A stretch of 62,994 nt of DNA, counting the filler, from Rhabdomonas costata (taxonomy: Eukaryota), in assembly GCA_019059605.1 (NCBI GenBank). It is 36 parts of 36 records of this genome, joined end to end, with 100 filler letters (N's around TTAATTAATTAA, not from the genome) between each part and the next. Parts side by side here need not be neighbours in the genome. Positions count along the whole stretch, not along the records: positions 49,083 to 50,733 come from JAHMHO010011262.1; positions 50,834 to 52,485 come from JAHMHO010011263.1; positions 52,586 to 54,240 come from JAHMHO010011264.1; positions 54,341 to 55,992 come from JAHMHO010011265.1; positions 56,093 to 57,744 come from JAHMHO010011266.1; positions 57,845 to 59,494 come from JAHMHO010011267.1; positions 59,595 to 61,245 come from JAHMHO010011268.1; positions 61,346 to 62,994 come from JAHMHO010011269.1; 28 more parts are not named here. One strand, written 5' to 3'. A model generated the notes under the pieces. It was not told where the DNA came from. It ran no database searches and saw only the letters and a program-made list of their open reading frames with translations. A program made the translations under genes and the position numbers. Of this stretch, positions 49,235 through 62,875 are shown piece after piece. How positions within the stretch are numbered: the first letter of the stretch is position 1; each line of letters opens with the position of its first letter.

Positions 49235-50637
49235 AGAGGGTTGTGGAGATCCCCGTCGAGAGGGTGGTGGAGGTGGAGAAGGTCGTGGAGAAGTTCACAG
49301 AGGTCCCCGTGGAGACCATCGTGACTGTAGAGCGAGTCATAGAGAAACCAGTGGTGACCACCCACTTCGAGCAGAAGGTGCAGGAGGTGCCCGTGACGAA
49401 CATCATGGAGGTGTTTTTTGTGCTTCTTGCACCCCGTTTGTGTGTGTGGTCCGAACCCTGAAGGCCAGTGTAAGAATCGTTCGTTCGTTCGTGCACGCAT
49501 TTTGGAGGCATGCTCCTCCGCTTTCTCCCGAGACGCATGCTCATGTGAATTCATGACCCCCACGTCCGTGTTGGGCGGGGATGCTCGGGTTCGGTTCGAG
49601 TGTGAGCCTGCGGGTCTTTAGGTTCCTGTGGAAAGGCTGGTGGAGCGGGTGGTGACGGTTCCCGTGGAGAAGATCATTGAAAAGTTGGTGGAGGTGCCGC
49701 GGATGGTGGAGGTAGACCGGGTCGTGGAAAAGCTCGTTACGGTGCCCGTGGACAAGGTGGTGGATCGCACGGTGACCGTTCCCGTGGATAGGACGGTCGA
49801 GAAGGTGGTGCAGGTGCCCCAACTGGTGGAGGTGGAGAAGATCATAGGTACCTGGACGCGCGTGTGGGTGTGGGTTTGAAACGTTCGATTGTGATCTCTT
49901 GCCTAAGTGATGATGTTCGTCTCGACTCCTCGGGGCGCTTTATGTTATTCAAGGGGGCGTCGGCCAGTTCCTCGGTTCTGCAGGGAACTGGAAATTTTCT
50001 CGCCAATCTGTCTCTCCGATCCCCCGTCCACTTCTCCACCCCCCCTCCCATTCACATTCCTCTGTTAATCTGTGTAAATCAGAAGAAAGAGGTGTGCACT
50101 GTGTGGTCTGGGACACGACGTTCCGCTCCGCTGTCTGCGACCGGGTGTTGGGTGGGGAAAGGGGGAAATCGAGTGTGTATGCCTGGCTTGGATCCGCAGA
50201 GAAGCTCATCGAGGTCCCTGTGGACAGGGTGGTGGAGAAGCTCATCGAGAAGTTTGTGGAGGTGCCTTGACCCCCCCCCCAATGACCCCTATTTCTTGGG
50301 CAAACGCTTTGCTCGCAACATTTTTACCTCCCTTTCTCTGCTGTTTCGCCAGATTTCTGGCGAATGCGTTGGTGTGTCGACACTTTTTGCGCTTCGCGTG
50401 GCAGGTCGTAATTGCCGAGAGCGACAGCAGTTGCGCTGACTGGTCATATTAGGTTACTGAGATAGCCCAATTTATGGCGGTTGGTCAAGCTTAACTCCTC
50501 GCACTTCGGGAAGTGATCATCACACTTTGTTGCGGCTCTTCACGCTTTCCGCGAATTGGGTTCCCGGGTTGCTGCTTCCTAAGGTCCCTGTGGAGAAGGT
50601 TGTCGAGGTGGAACGGATCGTCGAGCGTACTGTGCCG
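49235..50637 (+). CDS. Articulin (VPV-repeat membrane-skeleton/pellicle protein), exons about 49235-49410, 49622-49847, 50200-50261, 50584-50637
   Basis: Val/Glu/Lys/Pro repeats VEIPVERVVEVEKVVEK, VPVERLVERVVTVPVEKIIEKLVEVP; junction phases consistent. Confidence 0.88.
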
Positions 50638-50839
50638 GTACGTGTTCATCAGTTTTTCTATCATTGCCTGTCTTTCTCGCTATCGTTCTCTCTGCCGCTC
50701 TCTCTCTCTCTCTTCTGGTTCTGGAGCCCTGGGNNNNNNNNNNNNNNNNNNNNNNNNNNNNNNNNNNNNNNNNNNNNTTAATTAATTAANNNNNNNNNNN
50801 NNNNNNNNNNNNNNNNNNNNNNNNNNNNNNNNNGGGTTT

Positions 50840-52156
50840 TGGGGCAGCCGGGCCCGATGCCGCAGGGACTCCACCACGCGCACCTCCAGCCCCCCGCCGT
50901 GAAGTGGTGCCCACGCTGCTCCACAACTCGTATACCTCAGACACCTTTTTGGACCCCACCCCGAAACCCAAAGTTGGTCATGGGTTTTAATCGCTCGTTG
51001 GGAAAACTACCGAACCCCTTCAGACGACACACCCAGGCGACAACAAGCACGACTGAAGGAGATCTGCTTCGGTCGAGGGCTAAGCCGAAGCAGGTAGGAA
51101 ATCTTTTGCTAAATACAGCAGGTCTTCCAAAAAGCTGCGTGGTCGGTCCTTGGTGTCAGAGTTTACTGACTTTAACCCGCTTGTGGCTCCAGAGCTGTAC
51201 TGATCTCACCCTCGCCACATTATGGCACTCCGCTCGCTCGTTGACTGTGCATCGATGTAGAAGAATGCAAAAATGTTCCGCCCAAGGACACAACCCATCC
51301 AAGAAACTTGCAGGCAAACACGCTTCGCAGCGTCCTAGAAGTTTCAGCCATTCAGGCAATAGCCACTGCACCCCAAAACCTTCGTCTTCTCTTTTTGAAC
51401 CACCCATCCCAATCTTGCGTGGCGATCCCGGCCCACCAGGCAGACAAAGGGACCTTCTCGACGCTGAGCACGGCGGCGATGTTCTGCAGGCGGGCGAAGC
51501 GCTCGCGCACCGGGGCTTCGGTGCGGTCGCTGAAGTACTTCCGCAGCACCCGCACGTCCTTGTCCAGCTGCAGCCCCCCGCACTGAGTGAAGGCCTTCAT
51601 GCACACAAGCTCTTCCACGTGCTGGATCACCAGCCCCACCAGCTTCTGAGTAAAGCGCAAAGGAGTACATGGGGAAAAACTAACGAACTTGGTGTCGCTG
51701 TGTAGCGCCCACTTTTCGGGCATGACCGCTTTTCGCCCCAAAAAGTAAAATTGCGGAGATCAAGGGAACGACACAACTACAAACTGAAAAAAGCACATCC
51801 GTGGCTGAGCGTATAGCGGTGGCTGGACCTGACACAGTGCCGAACAACCAGTATACGGGTTTCTTTCTTGAACACTAATTTCACCAGAGCAATGGGCTCC
51901 CGGAGGAATAGAAGGAATGCTACTGTGAAACCGAACCTTACACTGAGAAGCCAAACCCCCAAACCCATCCATTTCCACTACAAACCCGCAGGACGGCGTC
52001 CCAGTTGGTCTCACTGAGGCCCTTCTGTAGGGGCTGCAGGAGGACCTCCCAGCTCTGCACCGCGGCCAGGGCCCAGGGGTCATTGATCTCGTAGCTGGTG
52101 TACTCCGCATCCCCGATCCGGAATGTCACCGCCTCGAACTCAGCCAACCCCTTGGC
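50840..52156 (-). CDS. COG4: Conserved oligomeric Golgi complex subunit 4, C-terminal exons 52156-51986, 51645-51454, 50944-contig end
   Basis: EYTSYEINDPWA...|...FTQCGGLQLDKDVRVLRKYFSDRTEAPVRERFARLQNIAAVLSVEK|VSEVYELW. Confidence 0.93.
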
Positions 52157-53509
52157 CTGCACAAAAAAACAGGTAGGCGGCGAGAGAGAAGCAGGGACCC
52201 AAAGCCCTGCTGCACAGTGATGACAGGCGCCTTGCAGGAAATGCCAAAGTTCGGGATCCCAACCGACTGAAACCCACATAAAAGTGGGTTTAAATTTGAA
52301 AAACAAATGCAGGTAGGTAACAACACCCATGTATCGCCGGTCGTTTGTAGCCCCCCCAAAAAAACGCAAATCCCCAAAAAACGTGCTGGTCCAAAAAAAA
52401 AGAGGAATTCATAGTGCACTATTCTCTCACTTATGCAAGCGTTGACGAATAGTCAGGAAAACCAAGGCCGAGACCGTGACCCCCTNNNNNNNNNNNNNNN
52501 NNNNNNNNNNNNNNNNNNNNNNNNNNNNNTTAATTAATTAANNNNNNNNNNNNNNNNNNNNNNNNNNNNNNNNNNNNNNNNNNNNAGGAACGAAGAGCCA
52601 TCAAAGGTCCACTTTCAGTGATCGCTTCCTATTTAAGGTTATTTAAAGAAATTACGGTTCCCCATCTGCGATTGTCGTCTTTGTGATTTTTTGTTTCAGT
52701 CCTTTTTCTGAATCTGCAGAACTCGTCTGTAGAGCTGGAGCATAACTGCTTGTAAATAAAGGCATGTGAGGCCATTAGGAGGACTTGGAAGGTTTTTGTG
52801 CGGAACCCCCTGTTCGAAACTCGGATGCTGTATGCTCACATATGACACAGAACAGTGACGGGAAAACAAAACTCCCAGGTGTGACAAGAAAAGCGTTCTT
52901 CCCACTGAATTTCGTGCGCTGCTTTCATTCATCTTATTTGATTGCATACCAGTCGAACCAATTTTGCTACCTTTTCCAGCACCTTACAAGACAAGTAGGT
53001 AATTTATTCCGACCGTTGGAAGAAGATACACTCATGTCATGCTGCGGGAAAGCTTTGAATTGCATACCACAACACGAGGGGGAAACGGCTCTGGAAATAA
53101 AGATTTCAGTATCGCTTGTTTTTATTTGCACTGTGAAGTTACCTGCATGTAGAGTGAGGATACAAATTTAAACTACCATATTTCAGAGTGGATGTGTCGA
53201 CCACAATTAAGGTGGGGTGATGTCTAATTTGTTGATAAAAATGGAAGGTTGCTTGCGTTTATGTCCATGTTGGTCGTATGACATCCTATTTTGTGCTCCG
53301 CAGTATTATTCTCATTTAAGGGCGCTTCGGCTTGCTTCTCTTGCGTCTCTTCCGGTATAATCAATACACTTGTCTATACTGCACTAGAAAGCACCAAAAG
53401 CTCCACAAAGAACAAAGATCAACTCTAGCAATAGAACTTCGCGCCTAGTTTCCAGTTTGGCCAGAAGCTGGCCCACGAGAGGCTGATATTCGTCTCCGCT
53501 CACCTTTTC

Positions 53510-54165
53510 GGCTCTCTGGAATCTCTATGAAACCTCTGGAAACTAGTCTCTGGAAACACATTGATGTCCTGGCTGTCTACCTCTGAAATGAGGAACACCT
53601 TGGTGACCTGGACCTTATCACGCTCTTCAGCTAGGACGGAGAACGTCCCAACAGACGGGCGACGGCCGATCACTAATGACGTTCCAGCTCTTTACAATTA
53701 AACTCGTCCTCGAGAACGTCTCTGCACCAGATCTCCTTCCACCCACTTTGCAACACTCAGACTTCACACGCTCTGGAAAAACGCCACATCACGCAACACG
53801 TTCTGGAAACACGCCACATACCTTCTGAAAACACCACGCAACCGCACACACACACATCTGGAATCACAATCCCCATAGCACATCTCTGGAATCACTCACA
53901 ACCCACAAACGCTCTGCAATCCCACCCTCCCGACGCACACGCGCACACACAAACATAGCTCTGAAAGTAGGGATGAAACTCTGGAACGGTAGATGCAAGA
54001 ACACTTGACTCTGAAAGCAGGAACTCTGGAACAAGTAGCTAACTAAATACTACAGCGGTTGGGAGAAACCACAACCAGCTAGAGAAACTCTGGAGATCCC
54101 CTCCCTCCTCACCTTCCACCACCTTCTACCCAAGACCTGAGTCTGGATTCTGGAGTCTGGAAATG
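53510..54165 (+). repeat. Irregularly spaced array of CTCTGGAA-like motifs in C/A-rich DNA
   Basis: More than 15 ctctggaa/ctctgaaa/tctgga variants, all on one strand. Confidence 0.75.
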
Positions 54166-54340
54166 GTACTCCGCTCTTGAAATTCTGCCTTGCACCTGAA
54201 AAGAGGAAACAAAGAATGCAAACACAAAGAAAAAGAAGAANNNNNNNNNNNNNNNNNNNNNNNNNNNNNNNNNNNNNNNNNNNNTTAATTAATTAANNNN
54301 NNNNNNNNNNNNNNNNNNNNNNNNNNNNNNNNNNNNNNNN

Positions 54341-55631
<1,291 letters not shown>

Positions 55632-56297
55632 CTGAGGCACAGTGAGGCGAGCGGTTCCAAAAACTGACCTCCCTCATGCCGAGCCCGATGTCACTTCTTT
55701 ATGACACGCAAAAATCTGGGACGGGTGCCAAAACACCTTGCAATAAAGGGTCGAACTTCCAAAAGCGTGATCACCATAACCAGCTCCTTTTTCACATTTT
55801 CGCATTTTCACACAACTTTTTCACATTTTATGCAACATCACCAACGGACGGCGTCCCTCTATGGATGAAAATCAGTTTCAGACACCCCCAGCAGAAAAGA
55901 AGACAATGTTGGGTACGGCGTTTCCTAGAACCAACATGGTCTAAAATCGGGGGGAGGGGGAGGTTGAGGACATATGTCATCCACCCCCACCCNNNNNNNN
56001 NNNNNNNNNNNNNNNNNNNNNNNNNNNNNNNNNNNNTTAATTAATTAANNNNNNNNNNNNNNNNNNNNNNNNNNNNNNNNNNNNNNNNNNNNGTGGTGGT
56101 TGGAGAGCAGGCTGTTTTCAAAATGGAGCGGAAGATGACTGGACTGGATAAAACACTGGCACCTGAACGGCTTGGTCTATTTGTAGGGAGGGGAGACGTA
56201 ATGTTCTTCACTGCAGGCGCCAGAAAGATGACCACGTGTGCATGACGTCCAACGAACATTTACTAACTCGGAGCCGCAATACAAAAAGTCAAGATAC

Positions 56298-57664
56298 TTC
56301 AGCAGAGCCTGCCGAAGCCGGCTGGCATCCCCAAGAAGCATCGGAATCTCCGCGTCCCCACAAAGCGATAGTCTCAGCCCCTTCTTCGTCGCCTGGTGCT
56401 GCACCATCTGCAGCGCGGCCTGGCACACCTCGGCCAGGTTGAAGGGTTTGGACTGCAGCACCACGCTGCTGGCCTCGAGGCGGGATAGCTCCTGTGAAGA
56501 AAAATGGAACATGAGAACATGCACGAGAAATACGGTAGAAGACTGTCGGTATAGGTGGGTGGCAAAAACCGTTGGTGAGGGTCGAAAAAGACCATTATAG
56601 CGGTCCGTTAGCAAATTCAGAACTCGAGTCACAGGCACCGAGTCAACTCATTGACTACGAATCGAATACTGGTTTGCTTAGGCTTGCTGGCGCACGACAA
56701 GGCGATGCACGGACTGTGGCGAGAATGGAGTGGGACGAAACGCAAAGCAAGCGATGTTGGAGCCTGAAGAGGAAAAGCAGATTGTTGAGAAGTTTGGCAA
56801 CAATCAGGCAACAAGTTCCGCAGTCGGCGAGTGACTGTGAATGCGTGCTTTAGAAGGGTGGCGGGTGCAGTGGATATGGCAATTGGCTGCGGTGATTTGG
56901 ATCAACGCAATTCGAAAGTGCCAAAGGACAGGATGTGCCATGATTGGCTGCGCACAGTAAGACAGTAAGACCTCAACAAGAAAGAAAAAGCGCACCAGCA
57001 CGTAGTCCACATTATTCGTGATCTGAGAGCCGCAGCTCATCATCAGCTCCAGGAGCTCCAGCTGGCCGGGCTCCAGCGAAGTGTCGCCGAGCATGGTGCA
57101 ACACGCAAGCAAGGAGTTCAGTGGAGTTCGCACCTGCGCAACCCGCACCATCCCTCGAAAAAAAGAAAAAGCATGAATGGAGGGTCTCCAGCACACAACA
57201 GCGATTACAAGCCAGCCCATAAAGGACATGCAACTCTTAAGAACAGGCTGTAAGAACCGTGTTTCAAGGTACAGGTGCAATAACCTTTCAATACAGGGAG
57301 GATACGACGAACAGTGCTGGCAATGCTTGGAGACGAAGATGACTATTTGCAAAGTACCAGGTCAATGGGGTCTGCGGCAAACCAACTTGTATTTTGAGAA
57401 GACGGTTTGTTTCGGGTGTTGCGCCCCGGCCTCTTCTCGAACTCCCATGCCAAATGCTCAGCTGTGCACACACACACACACACCTCGTGCGCCAGCGTGG
57501 ACACACAGCCTGCCTTGGCCCTCAGAGTGGTCATGGTCTGCTCCAGCTGCGAGACCTGCTCCTGCAGCTGCTCCACCGTTTCTGAGAGGAAGGAGCTCTT
57601 CACGGCGTAGGGTTGGGAGCCAGAGGCAGAGGCAGGGCCACCCTGCCCCATACCGCGGCAGGCG
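56298..57664 (-). CDS. Sensor histidine kinase (HisKA plus start of HATPase_c), exons about 57664-57484, 57133-56996, 56491-56298
   Basis: H-box AKAGCVSTLAHE|VRTPLNSLL, then ELSRLEAS...PFNLAEV...KKGL...LLGDASRLRQALL(N). Confidence 0.93.
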
Positions 57665-58029
57665 CTGAGGTGGAGCCCCAGGAAGCATGGCAGCACCACG
57701 TGCGCGATCAGAGCCCTGCACGAGAAATGGTCCCCCAAAAACCCNNNNNNNNNNNNNNNNNNNNNNNNNNNNNNNNNNNNNNNNNNNNTTAATTAATTAA
57801 NNNNNNNNNNNNNNNNNNNNNNNNNNNNNNNNNNNNNNNNNNNNGTTTTTTGTTTTTTGAACTCAGGCCCCCAGCGCCCCAGCAGTAGGCACGTGCCAAA
57901 TGCAGGGGCAGCATGTGATGCACGCATAAATAGTGCTGCATCCACGAAAAAAAAAGCTTTGAACCGAAGCTTCCATGTGAGGCACCACGGGTTGGGGGTG
58001 GAGTGGTATGAGGCTGGGAGGTCCCCTAC

Positions 58030-58656
58030 CGATCTTCGCTGTTTTGGCCTTGGGGATCAGCGCGAAGAAGGGTCGCACCGTCCGCAGCAGTTGGTTCAGC
58101 GCTGGCGCGTTAGCCTGCTCCACCAGGAGGTCGCCCAACTGGTAGATCGCCTGCTCCTTCACCCGCACGGCCTGCTCATCTTTCAGGTCTATTTTTCAAT
58201 CCATGGAAAAGGGGACAACCACATAAGAACATGAACAGAGGAAGAAAATAGAGTAGCACAGGAACTCAAGACTCTCACAGTGCAGCAAATTCACCCGTCT
58301 CCGCAGTAACCCTCCCTCCCCCGGCCCTTTTTGAGCAGAACCTCCGAAGAAGAGAAGCAGAGAAAGCCCCATGTCTTAAAACTGTTCTTTTGCTGGATAA
58401 AACAGTTACCACTGACAATGTTTGATCGTAAAAATCAAAACGTGTGCTGGGTCCAATGGCAGCTATGGCATCCAGTGATAGCGGGGAAGCAACCTACTTT
58501 CTGTAGGGCGTCCGGAGGAATTTTCAGACACTCACCTGAGGCAAGAATTTGTTCGTATGCCCGGACCAGCTCCGCGGCCTGCGGACCGGTGTGGGGCAGG
58601 GCCTGCAACCTCTCCAGCTCCCGTACCAGAACATGGGGTTCCTCGTCAAGATCCAT
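58030..58656 (-). CDS. RPN6: 26S proteasome lid subunit Rpn6/PSMD11, 5' exons 58656-58536 and 58188-58030
   Basis: VRVKEQAIYQLGDLLVEQ...LLRTVRPFFALIPKAKTAKI; phase-1 splice from an ATG exon. Confidence 0.95.
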
Positions 58657-59233
58657 CTCTCTCTATACCTCTGCGCCTTTCTTTCCCTTTTTTTTGCGTC
58701 CCTTCTGTGGAACCTTCTAAGAGGCCCACAGTAGAGGAGGGCGAGTGGCCAACGGCCCACCCAAATGACACAGCCCTCTGAGAGAGAGGGCGGGGTACAA
58801 AAAGAGTCTGTAAAAGTTAGCTGGCGGCTCAAGAAAGAGCGAGAGAAAGGACAATAGTAACACATCATCATCAGATGAGCAACAAAAAACCAATTAAAGA
58901 CTACCTTACAACAGCCGACAGCCAGCCCCCACCGTCTGACGACGACTGTGGGCAAAAGCATTTCCACGCATTCGTTTCCGTGCGAGTTGACAAACGGAAA
59001 CGAATCAAATTTGCGCGTGAGTGAGCGTCTCTCGGTGAATACGTGACTGAAATTGTTGTGTGATGTGTGTGTTCGCGTGGATGTGGGGACGTCGCGACAG
59101 ATGGGTGGATCGAACTGAAACTCCAAGCCTCTCCCGGACTCCCTCCATCCTCATCCCCGCCAACAAAACGGATTCATTACTACCACCTGCACATTGCCGG
59201 CGGAAAGAGCCCCAGCGCCCAGTGTGCGGTGGT

Positions 59234-59478
59234 TCAATGCATTTCTGCAGCTGCTGTTTCTGTGGCTTCTGTTGCTGGTGTGACAGCGGAAGCGGCGGCG
59301 GCTACGAGCTGAGCCCACAGCCGAGGTAGCAGCCGCGGCAGCTGCGAGAGGCTGACCTCCAGGAGGGCGCTACGCACGGCGCCACTGGGAAGCCCCCCAC
59401 CGTTGCGGCGGGAGCCCTCCCGCAGGCGACCCACCAGAACACCCACAGCTTTCTCTAGAGCCACTCCACCGCCGTGCC
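59234..59478 (-). CDS. 3' terminal exon of an unknown gene upstream of RPN6
   Basis: GC-rich VALEKAVGVLVGRLREG...LPRLWAQLVAAAASAVTPATEATETAAAEMH*. Confidence 0.5.
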
Positions 59479-59598
59479 CTCCCAATAAGGTTCANNNNNN
59501 NNNNNNNNNNNNNNNNNNNNNNNNNNNNNNNNNNNNNNTTAATTAATTAANNNNNNNNNNNNNNNNNNNNNNNNNNNNNNNNNNNNNNNNNNNNGGGG

Positions 59599-61208
59599 GT
59601 GGTGGTGATGTGCGAAAAGCACGTGAGCTTTAAGGTGGACATCTGGGCGGTGGGGTGCATCCTGGCGCAGATCTACAACCGCAGCACGGCTGGGCTCTCT
59701 CCGGAGTACAAACCACTGTTCTCGGGGACCACTCACTCTGACCAGCTGGAGCAGATCGTCAACTTCGTAGGTTTCCTCTACATCTCACCTCAAATGCCTT
59801 GCTTTTTCCCCCTACGAACGTTAAAGACAAGAAAGACCTTGTGGGTGGAGGGGGAAATTTTCCTTGACACCATCGCTAGAATTGCCTTAGGGGGACGGGA
59901 GACCTGGGTAGCTCATGGTTTTGTTCCCATACCAGCGTGGCGGATGGAAATAGCGTTCCTCAATTCTCCGATATACTTTGCGATTTGCAAGTGCGGTGTC
60001 CGAACTTGGCTCATGGATGTAATGGAACCCAAGCGTTGGCCGTACAGTTGGAGCGCTCCCAGATGGGGCAGAGCTAGAGATGGTACCCAAGTGCGCCCTC
60101 AGTTGTTAGTGTGGAACTCCCGTAAGTCTTCATGCGGGCAAGCTTCAGGGTGGGTTAGGGAGCTAGTACGGCTTGTGCCAGGAATGAGTGCAGGGGCAGT
60201 AGAACAGTAAACCTTACCCCCGTGCTCGAAAAATGACTTTTTAAAAAGCAAAAAGTTTGAATAGTGCTAAATGGTTCACGGCCTTAAATATTAACACCGT
60301 AAAGCTAAATTCTTTAAAGACCCCGACATGACACGTCCCCGCGGGCCGCCGGTGGCTTGCGTCGGCCCCTAAATTAATGTTGTCCCAATCGATTCTCAAA
60401 GTGCAAAAGTTTTAACGCTGTTGAAATATGTAAGGCCCCCCCTCCAAAATAAATACGGTTGTCCCGGTGTGCCCTGGCATAGTTTTTTCGGGTCTTGTAA
60501 AGCAGTGGGGGGAGGTACCCGGCACCAATGGAACCCGAGTACCCATCCAAAACTCCCGAAAATATTAAGTGATTTAGCATTAAATGCCTAGTATCTTGGG
60601 CTTAAGACATTCTGGAATCATCCGCTTCCACCACTCATAAAGAAAAAGGCGAACCCGGCTCCAGTGGTACCCGGCACCACTGGTACCACCGGTGCCAAGT
60701 ACCACTTGTACCGGGTACCACTGGTGCCGAGTACCTCCCCACACACACATCACTTTCAAGAGCCCAGTTTTTCTATCTCCAGTTCCTAGTAAACGTTTAA
60801 CACAGTAAAAAAAAAGGAACAGACCCTTGCACGTCCCCGATTATCTGTCCGCGCCCGCCGCGCCGCGGCCTGGCTTGCGCATCGGCTGCATCGCTATTCC
60901 CGACTGCTGAAACAGCGGAAAACCCGGGAAGTGCATGTCTGGTGTGGCTTCCAGGAACTCCGAATACGAACGATTTGACGAGCATTGACAACGATGATGC
61001 CAAGGAGTACATCCAGAGGAACCTCAGCGGCCGCCCCCGCAAGGACTTGTCTATGGTGCTGCACAGCCCAGACGGCACGGTGATCCCAAAGAAGGTGGTG
61101 GAGCTTCTGGACGAGATGCTGCAGTTCGACCCCAAGAAGCGGCCCTCGGTGGACGAGGTGATGCAAAACGCATTCTTCTCGGAGCACTACCACCCCGAGG
61201 ACCTGAAG
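59599..61208 (+). CDS. CMGC protein kinase, MAPK-like, C-lobe exons contig start-59770 and 60955-61208
   Basis: VDIWAVGCILAQ...PLFSGTTHSDQLEQIVNFVG|TP...AKEYI...ELLDEMLQFDPKKRPSVDEVMQNAFFSEHYHPED. Confidence 0.92.
60507..60740. mobile_element. MITE-like non-autonomous DNA element inside the kinase intron
   Basis: Imperfect TIRs of about 33 bp: ggggaggtacccggcaccaatggaacccgagtac versus the reverse complement of gtaccgggtaccactggtgccgagtacctcccc; subterminal GGTACC/GGCACC repeats; AT-rich core. Confidence 0.75.
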
Positions 61209-61926
61209 GTCAGCGAGTGCTATTTGAGCTGGGGCACACCAAACCNNNNNNNNNNNNNNNNNNNNNNNNNNNNNNNNNNNNNNNNNNNNTTAATTAATTA
61301 ANNNNNNNNNNNNNNNNNNNNNNNNNNNNNNNNNNNNNNNNNNNNGGTGTGGGTGTGGTGTGCGATGCAAAGATCTCAAGTCCAATGACAGCAGTGGGTG
61401 GAAGACGGCAGAGGATTGAAAGAGGGAATACCAGGTTTGCCTGCCTCCACGACTGCTGAGCCATCCGCTGGTGTTCGGCTTGCAGGGTCGCCAGGCAACT
61501 GCACCGAATCCCGGATACAAAACAAAGTGAACAAAAGTACTAAGGGCATATGTGGGCGTGTTTCGTTAAGCTCAAGAATGATAAGTATGGCGTGTTGAAG
61601 CATGGAGGGAGCGGGTATCCTCCCGATGGGAGCATTGTTAGCTGCTGTCCCAACATCAGAGGCAACCTCGGAATTGGAAAGATTGGACCAGCTTCTTTCG
61701 GCTCAAAGCGTCACCCGACTCCATTAGTAACTTCTTACACGCCGCCGCCGCCCCCCCCCCCAGGACGGGAGCAGAGGACTTACAAAGACATTACGTCATA
61801 CCTTCAGGAAGACCAGCACGTTATAGCGACATATTTGGTGGGGTCACGGTATCCCTGCTAAGTTCACCGGCAACTTCCCAGCACACAAGCAAAGATTTGT
61901 GCAGGTAATGAATGTGTGTGGCAGGC

Positions 61927-62875
61927 CTGAATTGCTGCTGCAAGTGTTCCTGGGTGCGGCCCTGCGAGATCTTCCGCAGCTGAGTGCGGGCCGGGGACGA
62001 CAGGAACTCCTTGTTCGGGCCCACTCCTGCACACACCCCGCTGCTACTGCTGCTACCGCTGCCTGAGCTGGGGACTTGGGGCTGAGAGTGGGAAGGCGGC
62101 TGCAAGTGCTGGGCTGGCGCGGAGTCAGCGTCGGGAGGTGTGGCCTTACGCGGAGGAGTTGACAAGCCTTTTTGGAGAATGCAACATGGATCGGTCTTCA
62201 GAGAGATGAGAGAAGGGAGGAAGGAAGAACCCCATCCCCCCGCATCCACAGATCGCCAGCAACTCGTTCACCATTGCAAGCACAATAAGCGGCCAGCGCA
62301 TCAAATATAATGGCATTGGTGAGGAAAGAAAAAACGACTGCTAGGTAACGTAGCGCCAGAAAACCAGTGCCCCAGTCACCCGAGACCAAAACCAAACAGA
62401 AGAAATTCCACACAAGCTCCGAAAAGCAGAACCATGCGAAGTGAAAAAGCTAACATTGGAAGCCCAAAGAATAACTTGGCCAACTGGACAGAAAGCCATG
62501 AGCAGCGTTACCTCAGCAAGTGAAGCACCTTATGGGGTACACACGGTGAACACTGGTATAGCGGGTTACCGGGGTGAAGGGTTTCGCGCAGCAACGCGCG
62601 CAATGTATTGCAAGTTAGGGAGGGACGAAACCTGAAACTGTGCTCCCCTTTTCGGAATCCTTGGAAGGGGAGGGAGGCGACTTCTTCTCAGCGGGGGGCG
62701 AGGAGCTGACCGCGGGACGAGCCGCTGCCTGTGAGGGTTCCTCCCGGAGAGGTGGGGTGCCTTGGCCAGCCTGTGCTGTGGTGGGGACCGCAGGAGGAGC
62801 CGCAGTGGGGGAGGAGGTGTGGCGATTGGAGACGAGCCGAAGGAGGCTGTCAAGGGCGCGGTCTGAGGCCGTGGT
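61927..62875 (-). CDS. Pro/Ser-rich hypothetical protein, exons about 62875-62632 and 62167-about 61927
   Basis: Phase-1 GT-AG join of two low-complexity, coding-like segments; outer boundaries uncertain. Confidence 0.45.

Noticed and set aside
53510-54165. CRISPR-like repeat-spacer array
   Set aside because: The repeat is only about 8 nt, spacing is irregular, the context is eukaryotic and there are no cas genes
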